Origin: a virus
Lineage: Duplodnaviria; Caudoviricetes
Length of the DNA stretch: 64,000 nucleotides
Direction: 5' to 3' (one strand)
Virus record (IMG/VR): IMGVR_UViG_3300021387_000090
Coordinates: 64,001 to 128,000 of that record
In this document: positions 39,809-49,885 of the stretch, one piece after another
Layout of the letters: each line of letters opens with the position of its first letter
Numbering within the stretch: the stretch's first letter is position 1
The notes under the pieces: generated by a model
What the model was told of the DNA's origin: nothing
The model's input: the letters and a program-made list of their open reading frames with translations, nothing else
Databases searched by the model: none
Made by a program: the position numbers and the translations under genes

Positions 39809-39903
39809 AATTCGTGAATATTTAAGAGTGCTTAAAAATATATGTAGGGAAGATTTCAAGTCTTTTCTTTATAATTGAAGTAACACTCTTACCGCTACGA
39901 ATT
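39809..39903 (-). ncRNA. Y-RNA-like element 5 (leader of the Ro60 gene) with a UGA (Ser) anticodon-like stem-loop
   Basis: AATTCGTAGCGG-TAAGAGTGTTACTTC...AAGA-CTTGAAA-TCTT...GCACTCTTA-AATATTCACGAATT. Confidence 0.75.
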
Positions 39904-39924
39904 GAGACATATGTTCGCCTCACA

Positions 39925-39996
39925 CTGGGCTAACTGGATTCGAACCAGCGAATGCAGGAGTCAAAGTCCTGTGCCTTACCGCTTGGCGATAGCCCA
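39925..39996 (-). tRNA. tRNA-Gln(UUG)
   Basis: TGGGCTA/TAGCCCA acceptor, CAGGA-CTTTGAC-TCCTG, GCTGG-TTCGAAT-CCAGT. Confidence 0.92.
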
Positions 39997-40047
39997 TCGT
40001 TCTATGTATATTCTAATCTTAAACCCTTAACTCTTACTACATCATGG

Positions 40048-40077
40048 ATTATATCATATTACCCAAGCCTTTGTCAA
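40048..40077 (-). promoter_or_regulatory. Consensus sigma-A promoter for the tRNA-Gln/Y RNA/Ro60 transcript
   Basis: TTGACA-18 nt-TATAAT with TG extension. Confidence 0.75.
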
Positions 40078-40136
40078 TAGCTTTTTTCTCACTAAATGTA
40101 TTTTCTATTCTTTAGCCCCGGCTTTAAACCGGGTAC

Positions 40137-41021
40137 TTAAATCAAATAACTTCTATACTGTCGTAAAAAATCCCATCTAAAGCGGCTTATATTATATTGA
40201 TTTTTTACTTTATCATACAATTCCTGTGTAGCAATTACTGTATATGGCTGTATATTATTTTGCTTTGCCAAACAATTAATATAATGAACTATACCAGCGG
40301 TTACAATATCTGTTACAGAACAATTATATTCCATTTCTTTTAATGCTTTAACCACCTGCGCATAGATCTTTTTGTATCTTATAATAGGATCAGTTGAAGA
40401 ATCCTTCTGATAAAAATCTTTTAAGATCCGACCATTATCAATAAGATCTCTCGTAGAATGGCCCCAGGGTACAGAGTCTTCTTCTTTTGCTTGATGGATC
40501 ACTTTCAATAATTCATCAGAAATTGTAACTGTCCTGTCAATCAATTTCAATTCATGTCCATTAATATCCTCTTCTTTTGCATCAAGAAGATCCCGAAAAT
40601 TATTTTTGCCGCCAACTTCAAATAGCATCAGCATAACATATTTCATTCTTGCTGTTCGAAGTTCTTTAAGATGCAACAGAAAATCTTCACGAGTAATAAG
40701 CTGATCTTTGATTCCTTTTTCAGTAAGAATATTTTCAATTTCTGTACTGTTTATTCTGCGGGCTTCATTTACTTTACAGTATCCTTTCTGGATGCACCAA
40801 TCTATATAAATTGTAATTATGTTTTTGTACTTTTCTATGGTATAAAAGCGTTTACTTTCTGTAGTCTGAAGAAGAAATAATATTTCTTCTTTTGAAAAAT
40901 CACATACGTCTTTTTCAAACAATTCCTCAATTTCAGAAATAGAACGGAACAAAGAATCAGTTAAGTCATTACGGTTTATATCCGAATTTATAAAATCATT
41001 TTTTCTATCTTCGTTATACAC
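40137..41021 (-). CDS. MrpR (YopR)-like repressor, tyrosine-recombinase fold
   Basis: MYNEDRKNDFI...EELFEKDVCDFSKEEI...IYIDWC N-terminus resembles SPbeta YopR-type proteins. Lacks a clear R-HxxR-Y set. Confidence 0.6.
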   Translation of the reverse strand: MYNEDRKNDFINSDINRNDLTDSLFRSISEIEELFEKDVCDFSKEEILFLLQTTESKRFYTIEKYKNIITIYIDWCIQKGYCKVNEARRINSTEIENILTEKGIKDQLITREDFLLHLKELRTARMKYVMLMLFEVGGKNNFRDLLDAKEEDINGHELKLIDRTVTISDELLKVIHQAKEEDSVPWGHSTRDLIDNGRILKDFYQKDSSTDPIIRYKKIYAQVVKALKEMEYNCSVTDIVTAGIVHYINCLAKQNNIQPYTVIATQELYDKVKNQYNISRFRWDFLRQYRSYLI

Positions 41022-41811
41022 CGTTTACCTTCTTTCTTAATTCTATCTTATTATATTCTATTTGCTGTTTAATAAAATCAGTTTCTTCTTGATCGTTATA
41101 CTTTGTTAGCCTAATAGGGAAAGACATGTCTTTAATTTTATTTTTCAGAGCATCTGACATTTCCTGAATAGCAAGTATCAACTCAAGACCATCAATTACA
41201 AATAGTTTATCTTTTAATTCTTTTATAACAAATTGGTTTTCTGACTCATAGTATTCAAATTTTATCAATTCAGAAAAAATATTTGCAGTAATTATAGGCG
41301 CTTTAAAACTATCATCGCCAATACTCTTTATAATTAAACGAATCGACTCTCTTAAGTAATGATAATAATAATCATTACCATCTTTCTTCCCTATTAATTG
41401 TGTCATCTTATTGATATTATTTGAAAGGCAATCATGTTCAACCAATGTCAGAAGTGTACTGTAATCAACTTTCCCTATCCATTCTTTCTCAGATACCTGC
41501 ACACAATTTATTTTTACAGGTAAGTAATCCATAGATACTTCATAGCAAATATTTTGCTTTGCATTAATTTCTTCTTCAGAAAATAAATTTGTTACCCAAT
41601 GTGTGCCGCAAGCAAAATCCGTTCCATTAGCCAACATAAAAATCTCATCTTCAGTAGCTTTAAAGAACTCTCTTGTTGCTAAACGTATGGATTCTTTTAA
41701 AGGTAAGTTGTAATTTTTGACACAATAAAAGCCTATCTTCCTTTGAGCCGACATATCCATCTTAATACTATCCAAGTATTTTGCATATTCGCTCAGACAT
41801 TCGGTAAACAT
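41014..41811 (-). CDS. Hypothetical protein, possibly degenerate ParB/DndB-like (YopQ-like position)
   Basis: VIDG segment and adjacency to the MrpR-like gene. Confidence 0.4.
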   Translation of the reverse strand: MFTECLSEYAKYLDSIKMDMSAQRKIGFYCVKNYNLPLKESIRLATREFFKATEDEIFMLANGTDFACGTHWVTNLFSEEEINAKQNICYEVSMDYLPVKINCVQVSEKEWIGKVDYSTLLTLVEHDCLSNNINKMTQLIGKKDGNDYYYHYLRESIRLIIKSIGDDSFKAPIITANIFSELIKFEYYESENQFVIKELKDKLFVIDGLELILAIQEMSDALKNKIKDMSFPIRLTKYNDQEETDFIKQQIEYNKIELRKKVNGV

Positions 41812-41900
41812 AAAGCCCTCCTTTCAGTCTACTTTATATTATCATACTTCCGTTTTTTTGTCAAGCGATCTACATAGTATTTTCTATTCTATTTTATCTT

Positions 41901-41939
41901 AAAGAGGTGATGAAATTGTTTCAACCTCATCACCTCTTT
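41901..41939 (-). terminator. Inverted repeat, probable terminator
   Basis: aaagaggtgatga / tcatcacctcttt. Confidence 0.55.
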
Positions 41940-41948
41940 TATTATTAC

Positions 41949-42983
41949 TTAAAAAACAAAATCAGCTTTTTCTTCTCTTTCAACGGAATCCGTCAAATAT
42001 TTTGTCAGATCCTGAATCATGGCATCATATCTGTTCTGCACGGCCTCCTTTCTTGCAGAACCAGATCCAACATAAGTTACATACTGTTCTACAAGATCAT
42101 ATCGCCCATCACAGAAGAAATCCTGAATCCATTTAATCAGTGTCTCTTTCTCTACAAAACCATCTTTCAGCACCTTATTAATTACAGGAACAAGACTAAG
42201 AAGATGAATTCTGGTCACAATCCGTTTCTGTACCTTCTTCTTAAAGCAACCCACATAAGCTTCATAAATAATATCATAAATCTTATTCAACTGATCTACA
42301 TCATCCTGAGACAGTTCAGCGTCATTCATAACTTCACGGACTGTCTTAGTACTAAGATCCGTTTCCTCATTATTAATAAGTACATAAGACTTCATTACAA
42401 TCTCTTCATTTGCATACTTAGCCATGGCTGCCTGAGTAAAAGTAGAAGTAAACAACTGATGCTGACCGATTTCTTTTACCTTGTCAAAAGATTTTGCTTT
42501 AACTCTCGTCAACTCAATTCCAGACAACGGCTTACCATTATTTAGTCTAAAAAACAGTTCGTTTACTTCTTCATCAGTAAGGCCAGAGAAAGACCATACC
42601 TTTACCTGATACTGATCAATGAGATCTTTTACCTCTTCAGGCAATTCAGAATATCTAAAACCTTCAAGTCCCATTTCTTCTGTCCCATGGTCTGTATCAA
42701 AAGTGATATCTGGAACTTTAGTCAAAGCAAACTCATCATTTCTAAACGCTGCGATAGTAGTTAATCTCTGTTTTCCATCAAGAACATCATAAATACCATC
42801 TTCTCTTGTGGTAATAATCGGAGGCATAGGGAATCCGTACAGCATCGAATGAATCAGCAAAGATTTCTGTTCCCGATTCCAAGCAAGTCCTCTCTGTACT
42901 TCATTCTCTACAGTGATTTTATTATTCTTAAGCATAGTCATAATCTGTTTCGCGGTCCAGCTTTTAGAATCAAGATCAAACAT
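41949..42983 (-). CDS. DUF262 (ParB-like) domain protein
   Basis: VQRGLAW...LIHSML.G.P.PPI, VLDGKQRLTT, FFRLNNGKPLS. Confidence 0.85.
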   Translation of the reverse strand: MFDLDSKSWTAKQIMTMLKNNKITVENEVQRGLAWNREQKSLLIHSMLYGFPMPPIITTREDGIYDVLDGKQRLTTIAAFRNDEFALTKVPDITFDTDHGTEEMGLEGFRYSELPEEVKDLIDQYQVKVWSFSGLTDEEVNELFFRLNNGKPLSGIELTRVKAKSFDKVKEIGQHQLFTSTFTQAAMAKYANEEIVMKSYVLINNEETDLSTKTVREVMNDAELSQDDVDQLNKIYDIIYEAYVGCFKKKVQKRIVTRIHLLSLVPVINKVLKDGFVEKETLIKWIQDFFCDGRYDLVEQYVTYVGSGSARKEAVQNRYDAMIQDLTKYLTDSVEREEKADFVF

Positions 42984-43990
42984 TATATATTCTCCTTTAG
43001 TATTGTATTATTAGTTGTTTTGAGGAACCCATAGCCAGTTAACTTCGGCTATATATCCTGTTTTACCTTTGCGTTCGCCAGTTAGATATATGAAACGACA
43101 ATCGTATCCTTTGTATCCTATTTCTATAATTTCTACTTTGTTTCCCGATCTAGTGTAAGCAATATCACCTACATGATACTCTTCAGGAATTTTCTGTGTC
43201 AAACCCTTTTTACACATATCTAATCTCCAATTACATTCTGTTTACATCCATCAAAATACTAATCATTTCATTTGTCCTCCTTCCACAGTACGCTTTCATC
43301 AAATTGTTCTCCACATTCATCACAATAGAACAACCATTCTCCAGTATGTTCATATTTAACAGATCGAAGTTTGTGACCAATTGTACCATTGTCACGAAGA
43401 TAAAACACTGTTCCATAATTCCCAATAGCTTCAGCCACAATCCTACCACCACATTTTGGACACCTATTTTTAACTTTCATTTTGCTTCTCCGTTACAGTC
43501 TCATACATAATCTCATTAATATCTTGAGTTAATCAATCAATAGCCAAATGGATGCTCAACATCCCACTCTGCAGCGGCTTTATTTTGCTCTTCCAAAAGC
43601 TTGTTCCAAATTTCCATATATTCAGTTGGCGTAAGATCATCTGGCATATCTTCCCAGCTTGAACCCGGATCCGTTTTCGCATAATGCCTGAACATTTTCA
43701 GATCATCTTCCGCTGTCTTAATATCCATTGGTTCAACCGTTCTAGCTTCCAAAAACAAATTATTTACAAAATCGAATTTATTCATTGTTTTACTCCCCTT
43801 TCTGATTTTTTCCACTTCTTTATAAAAATCTTCCCATGAGTTAAATTGCATATTATTTACGCCATACTTTTTTATTATTTTTTTTACATCATCCCAAGAT
43901 GAAATTGATTTTGGCATAGATATCGCTTCAGGCGTTTTACCAATTCCTCCCGGGCCATAATAAAAATAATTACCACTCATTATTATCACC

Positions 43991-44407
43991 TCACGGTTTA
44001 ATCAAATGTTTATCAATAACAAACTCTCGAATCTTACACCATTCCTTTAATGGGATACCTCCACAATCATACTTCTCTTCTAAGTTGTAATAACACTGAC
44101 GGAAATAACGGTCATCGTGCCATTCAGGGAAAATATCTTTTATATCCCATTCAAGGTTTCTATTAATTCTCCACTGTGTAAATTTATTCCAATCACATTC
44201 ATATCCTCTATTTTTTATTTCTTTATAAACGTGCCATGCGAAGACATTGAACTGTGCCTCTGGGTAATCAAGAACTTTATTTACAAGGATATGATTAGGA
44301 GAACTCTTGATTGCAATTGCCTTTGCTATAGCGCAACACTCTTTCCATTGAGAAATCAACTGTTTCCTAGGAAGAATTGGAATTAAATCTTTATGCCATA
44401 ATCTCAT
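43991..44407 (-). CDS. Pyrimidine-dimer DNA glycosylase/DenV-like protein
   Basis: MRLWHKDLIP.LPRKQL.SQW.EC...EIKNRGY...FPEWHDDRY..QC..NL.EK. Confidence 0.7.
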   Translation of the reverse strand: MRLWHKDLIPILPRKQLISQWKECCAIAKAIAIKSSPNHILVNKVLDYPEAQFNVFAWHVYKEIKNRGYECDWNKFTQWRINRNLEWDIKDIFPEWHDDRYFRQCYYNLEEKYDCGGIPLKEWCKIREFVIDKHLIKP

Positions 44408-44422
44408 TTTTCTTTCCTTCTT

Positions 44423-44620
44423 TCAAATGTTTAATTCAGAAGTCATAAACTCAATAGCTTCTTTCCTTGCATCATTTCTTTGAGTAATATAAATACTTGT
44501 GGTAGAAATACTTGCGTGGCCCACTGCTTTCCGTGTTGCTTCAATATCGCCACTACTAGCTTCATAATACAATGAAGTAAAAGCAGCTCTTAATTTATGA
44601 GGACTGATTTCATAACCAAG
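44423..44620 (-). pseudogene. C-terminal remnant of a second tyrosine recombinase
   Basis: Manual translation LGYEISPHKLRAAF...KAVGHASISTTSIY...* has no in-frame start or N-terminal part. Confidence 0.75.
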
Positions 44621-44730
44621 CTAAGCATAAACTGTCAACACTCAAACAAATGAATACCAATCACAATAAAGCTTAAGACAATTTCGATATTAGACTTCAT
44701 ATATAATTACTCCTTTTTTTAAAAATACGT

Positions 44731-45717
44731 TTACAGTAAATTACTCATAATATCAGATGCCTTTTTAGTTACATCAGCCTGACCACGAATATATCTTTCC
44801 GTAGTAGTAGGAGAATTATGTCCCATTGCTTTCTGTACGAAATAAATATCCTTTGTTGCCTCGTATAATTGCGTACCATACGTTGCACGAAGTTTATGAG
44901 GTGTAATATGTTTTCCGTTAATATCACAAGCATACTTGGTTACAATTGCACAAAGACCATCATCTTTCAACCTATCACCATACTGATTCAGAAACAAAGC
45001 AGAAGTCTGTTTACCGTTTAAAACTGCGTCTCTACGCTTAAGCCATTCAACAATAGCGTCTTCGGTTCCTTTATTCAACTGATAATCTTTTACCTTCCCG
45101 CCTTTATCTGTAACCCAAAGTATATGTCTCTCTAAATCTACATTCTCTACGTCCAAACTTTGCATAGCTGATCTTCTAATACCAGTAGTAAGAAATACAA
45201 GAATAATAGCATAGTCTCTTTCTTTCATACGCATTTGACAGCGTTTAGCGTTTTCACTACCAACCCCCTCTTTAACGGAGGTAAGATATACTTTCAATTC
45301 TTCTTTTGTCAAAAAGCTTTTTGCTCTTTTTTCAATAGTCTTTTGGCTTTCAATAGGTTTTGGACGAGCAATAGAATCCATATAATTAGTTGGCAAAATA
45401 TTAACTTTAACTAAATATTCATTATACAACTTAAGAGCATGATATTGTTGAATCATAAAGCTGCTTGTTTTAGCTTCACCATTTTCATCATAAGCGGTAC
45501 TACTCATAAAATAAGTAAAATCATCAAACCCCAATTCATTTGGCTTCTTATGTAAATCATGTAAAAGTCTATCTGCAATGGCGATATAACGATATACAGT
45601 ATTCAAAGATTTATTAATGCGAAGATAATTATAAAATCCTCTTACATCAGGATGCGAAAGTAAATAATTTTCAATAGTATTAATACGATCATTTTTCATT
45701 TCGTTGTAACCAGTCAT
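44731..45717 (-). CDS. Tyrosine recombinase/integrase
   Basis: TGIRRS, KGGK, PHKLRATY, MGHNS, TTERY, a full catalytic set. Confidence 0.92.
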   Translation of the reverse strand: MTGYNEMKNDRINTIENYLLSHPDVRGFYNYLRINKSLNTVYRYIAIADRLLHDLHKKPNELGFDDFTYFMSSTAYDENGEAKTSSFMIQQYHALKLYNEYLVKVNILPTNYMDSIARPKPIESQKTIEKRAKSFLTKEELKVYLTSVKEGVGSENAKRCQMRMKERDYAIILVFLTTGIRRSAMQSLDVENVDLERHILWVTDKGGKVKDYQLNKGTEDAIVEWLKRRDAVLNGKQTSALFLNQYGDRLKDDGLCAIVTKYACDINGKHITPHKLRATYGTQLYEATKDIYFVQKAMGHNSPTTTERYIRGQADVTKKASDIMSNLL

Positions 45718-45729
45718 TATTCGGCCTCC

Positions 45730-46998
45730 TTAATTTTTTCTTCGCTTTGCCTTGCGCTCTTCTTCTTTTTTCTTATCACGCTCTATTTTCTCTTTATTAT
45801 ATTTCGCACTAGAATATTGTAAAGCTGAAATTTCAGGATGAACAAGACCCAATCTGCCAAAAATTTCGTATTCGATGACAACACTATTAAGATGTTCTTT
45901 ATCTGTTCCACTAAAAAATTCACGATATCCTTTACAATAAACCAATGAAAGCCTACTAATAATCGAATCAATAACGCTAGTTACTCTTCGATAATCTCTA
46001 TATTTATCATCCCAATTCGGCAATTCATTATATTCCCAAAATTTATTTCGGAAATCATCTAATATATTTCTAATAAGTCTTACATACGGATCTACCTCTT
46101 CTTGCATTGAACGTAATTTTATATCTTTTCTAATTTTATCTTCCCAATCTGGATCATATGGAAATAAATTATAAGGATCCATTTTCTTTTTCAACTTCTT
46201 ATCTTTAGAATACTGATAAGCTTTAAGCTGGCGGGGCTGTTCTTTTTCAATTTTTGCATTTGTTCGAATATTAACTTCTGCCTGAAATCCCAAATCTTTT
46301 GTTAAATCTTCTAAAACTTTTAATGCTTCTTTATATTCCATCATAGCCTGAATTACATAAGGCTTCATTTCATCGCAACAATTTGGTTCAGTATTCCAAA
46401 CATTGGCATTACAAAAATTATTTTTTTCTACCTCTTTTCTGCGTTTAACTTCTTCGTCCCACTCATTTTCCTTCTTTCTTTTTTCTTCCTCAATAAGCTT
46501 GGGAGAAGCGCTCAACAAATGATGTCCTTTCCCATAAATCTGATCCAGTTCCATTACATATCTATAATATGCAGTTTCTCTTTTTTCCCGATCTTTAATT
46601 TTCTCAATTTCTTCAAGTCTATGGATAATCGTATCAAGATTATCCATAGTTCTCAGATATGATTGATAATCATAAGAAAAATATGCGTATCCATATTCAA
46701 ATACATGATTGGATCTATTAATATAATGATGAGCAGGAATCATTAAAATATATAAGCATATTAATCCAATAATATAAATATATCCACCATTAAACAGTGG
46801 CATAACGATCCCTAACCCAATCCAAAGTGGAGCATAAAAAGTCAAAACATACATTACTTTTAGAATTGGCTCTTTAGACAAAGCATTTCCAATTTTAGCA
46901 TCTTTTAAAAATCTACTAGTAAAAATAGGAAGATTATGACCATATTCTTTTTCACCCTGACTAACAAAATTATCTTTCTTAGTCAATTCCTTACTCAT
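45730..46998 (-). CDS. Membrane-anchored hypothetical protein
   Basis: Two N-terminal hydrophobic helices followed by a charged helical domain. Confidence 0.6.
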   Translation of the reverse strand: MSKELTKKDNFVSQGEKEYGHNLPIFTSRFLKDAKIGNALSKEPILKVMYVLTFYAPLWIGLGIVMPLFNGGYIYIIGLICLYILMIPAHHYINRSNHVFEYGYAYFSYDYQSYLRTMDNLDTIIHRLEEIEKIKDREKRETAYYRYVMELDQIYGKGHHLLSASPKLIEEEKRKKENEWDEEVKRRKEVEKNNFCNANVWNTEPNCCDEMKPYVIQAMMEYKEALKVLEDLTKDLGFQAEVNIRTNAKIEKEQPRQLKAYQYSKDKKLKKKMDPYNLFPYDPDWEDKIRKDIKLRSMQEEVDPYVRLIRNILDDFRNKFWEYNELPNWDDKYRDYRRVTSVIDSIISRLSLVYCKGYREFFSGTDKEHLNSVVIEYEIFGRLGLVHPEISALQYSSAKYNKEKIERDKKKEEERKAKRRKN

Positions 46999-47759
46999 CT
47001 CTGCCCTCCTTTCCTACACTCACACATTAGTCTGCCTTGAATTATGATATTGGTTTCCATATTCATAATTATAGCCGTTCTCTTCTTCACTCTTCACCCA
47101 ACGACATTACCGCTCATTGTTTTCCAGAACTCGTTACCTTTATATTCCTTGAATCCATGTACCTTCTTGCATACAGGACACCATAGATCCTTAATATGTC
47201 CCTTTTCTCTCTGCCTATACATTCTTGGTAAAGGCATTACGGTTTCACATCCAAGACCAACAAAACGAGATGACTTATAAATATTGTTTCTTCTTTGCAT
47301 TTTATTACCTTCTTTCCTCATTATAAAGTATTCCATCTTCTCTGTCAAACAACTCGTTAAACCACTTAAGTTCCTCATTCTCAAAGAAACTATCAATACG
47401 AATATTATCTCTAATCTCTTTTAGCTTCTCAAATAGTTCTGCTTCATCCTGTGTTTCAGTCCGATTCCAATCAACCCATACAGTTTCAAATGTGTTGTTA
47501 TCTTCACACCTCATATAAATATCAAACCGCTTTCCATCTTCATCGTGCCATTTATTAATAGCAATAACAATCTCTCTATCAATTTCGCTTTCACCATCTA
47601 CCTCATCACTCTGAAGTTCAGCAATGATATAATAGCCTACATAGTCTGTAATATTATTGGTATCACCAAGATCAACGGCATCAGAAGCAATCTGTCTTAA
47701 GGTCGCATCAGAGTAATCAATAAGTTCCAGTTTATTAATATTCATTTTAATCTCCTTTT

Positions 47760-48188
47760 TTAACTGCACTTTTTCAAGAATGACTCTATCGCTTTTAAAA
47801 GTTCAATTATATCTTCTTTGTTTGAATAAGTACTAATTCTTTCTGCGAACTCAAGACAATTGTTAAAATATGGATTTTTTATCCTTTCCTTAAAAACTCT
47901 CAATGCTTGTTCAGTTTCTTTAAAATCTATTGTATCAATTCTAAGTTCCATATTTTCATTGCCAGATATAAATGTTTTTAAATATTCCTTATCTTCATCA
48001 TTAATTTCTTTATCAATATAATCAATTGGGAATCCATAATAACTTGATATAGCATTCTTCATTTTATCAGAGATTTTTAGTTTTCGATTTTCCCATTTAG
48101 AAAGTGAACTAATATCTCTTTCTAAAGGTTTAACAAAATCTTCTCCCTTAATTCCTGTCAGCAACCTCATGTATCGTAATCCAATCAT
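47760..48188 (-). CDS. XRE-family HTH protein
   Basis: GLRYMR...ISSLSKWEN HTH pattern. Confidence 0.65.
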   Translation of the reverse strand: MIGLRYMRLLTGIKGEDFVKPLERDISSLSKWENRKLKISDKMKNAISSYYGFPIDYIDKEINDEDKEYLKTFISGNENMELRIDTIDFKETEQALRVFKERIKNPYFNNCLEFAERISTYSNKEDIIELLKAIESFLKKCS

Positions 48189-49585
48189 TATCTGTTCTCC
48201 TTATATTTCATCTCCCTTACCATGGCTGAACTACAAACACATCGCCAATACTCTTATAATTCTCAATAGAACTCACATACATCCAACCTGAGATCATGTT
48301 ACCATTTTCTTCGGTCTTCTTAATCCGTCCCTTTGTATCAGGGTACATTTCTGAAAGCTTTTCAATTGCTTCTTCGTAGCTTTTAGCTAATACGATACCC
48401 CTGTCACCATAATCTCTTTCGTATACCCATCCATATTCCTTCAACAACTCATTTAATGCAGTAATCATAATCATTCCTCCTCACAGACAGCAATAACAAC
48501 ACGGCTCTTCAATAATGCTGGTATCCATTGTGCATCTTATCTTATTACTCATCCAGAGATCTCCCTTATCTGATCATAAGTATTATCCAGTACTTCAATA
48601 ATATTGTCCATAGTATCAATCATTTCCTGCATCGTATCCCCACGGTCACTATCTCTAATACCATCTGGCAGATTATCATAAGCTTCTTCTTCGTCATCGT
48701 TTGCTCTGGCTATAATTAACTTCGCTTCATAAATCATTTCTGCTGCCTGTCTCAGTTTATGTCTTCTATCTTTATTCATAAGTCCTCCTTTATAATCGAC
48801 TTTTGACAATTAGCGTCCGTTGGATTAAATATTTAAACGAATATATCTTCATATCCGTCTTCAGGATTGCAGATCAATCTGCCTTTCCAATCTTCAATAA
48901 TCACTTCACAACCTATCCAATCTATAATTGTTGTTTCAGGATGTTCTCCATCTACATATTCAAACAATCTATCTGCAATTGTTTTATTCCCTCTAGCAAT
49001 ACGCAGAAAATCTTTTGCATTGTACCAATCTGTATTACCAAATGCTACTTCATCATCTGGTGCATAACATGGTGATGACAAGTTATTGTAATATGCGTTC
49101 CAGTTCTTATAGATATGCCATCCATCGCCATAGTAGGCTTCCTTCTGAAACCCATCCAATGTTAAGCGACCAACTGTTTTAGGCAGTTCCTTCATAAATC
49201 GACTTCCTTTCTTCGAATGAAATTGTGAACAAAGTGTGAAATTTGGATCGAATGGGTGTACTATAGATTTAACTATATTAATGATGTTTTTAGGTACGTT
49301 TATTGATTCGAAATTCAAAGCCCTTATTTTACTTGGCTTCCGGGGCTTTAAACTCATTTATTTTCGTTTTTGCAAAAGTGCAATATTTGCACTTTGAAAA
49401 TTAATACGACTATATTTTAACCTTTTATTCAACTTACTCATTTCCTTAATACTTATATAAAGAAATCTACCCATAACCTTTTCGGTTGATAAAGTTATCG
49501 ACCATACCCCTTTATCCTTTCTCCTTACAATTCCTGTAGTAAGAATTAAGCATAGAATTGATCTCTGTACTCTTTAACCTCTCTA

Positions 49586-49885
49586 TTAATTCATCTTGTT
49601 CAGCAATGCCTGAAGACCTTCCAGTTCCTTACCACTAAGTGTGATTCCCTTGCGACATACTTCCTTCCCAGTATCATCTACCTTCCAGTACCTGAGATCA
49701 TATTTTTCAGCGCCGCCATTCCATTTCATGTATCTCAACTTCATTTCCCAATCCTTGTCAGTGCAAACTGTTCCACACTCTTCCAGAACTTCATAGGTAA
49801 AATCATTATTCTTTTCTGTAGTCTTTTTAAATGCCATATTATTTATTCTCCTTTTTTTCATCTTCATTATCTTTAAGTCCGGCAC
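49586..49885 (-). CDS. PC4/YdbC-family ssDNA-binding protein (true start probably MAFKK)
   Basis: WNGG..KYDLRYW...KGITLS..EL. Confidence 0.75.
   Translation of the reverse strand: MPDLKIMKMKKRRINNMAFKKTTEKNNDFTYEVLEECGTVCTDKDWEMKLRYMKWNGGAEKYDLRYWKVDDTGKEVCRKGITLSGKELEGLQALLNKMN

Noticed and set aside
18241-42983. DNA phosphorothioation system (IscS/DndA plus DUF262)
   Set aside because: No PAPS-reductase-like DndC/SspD or DndD ATPase is seen, and the two genes are over 22 kb apart.
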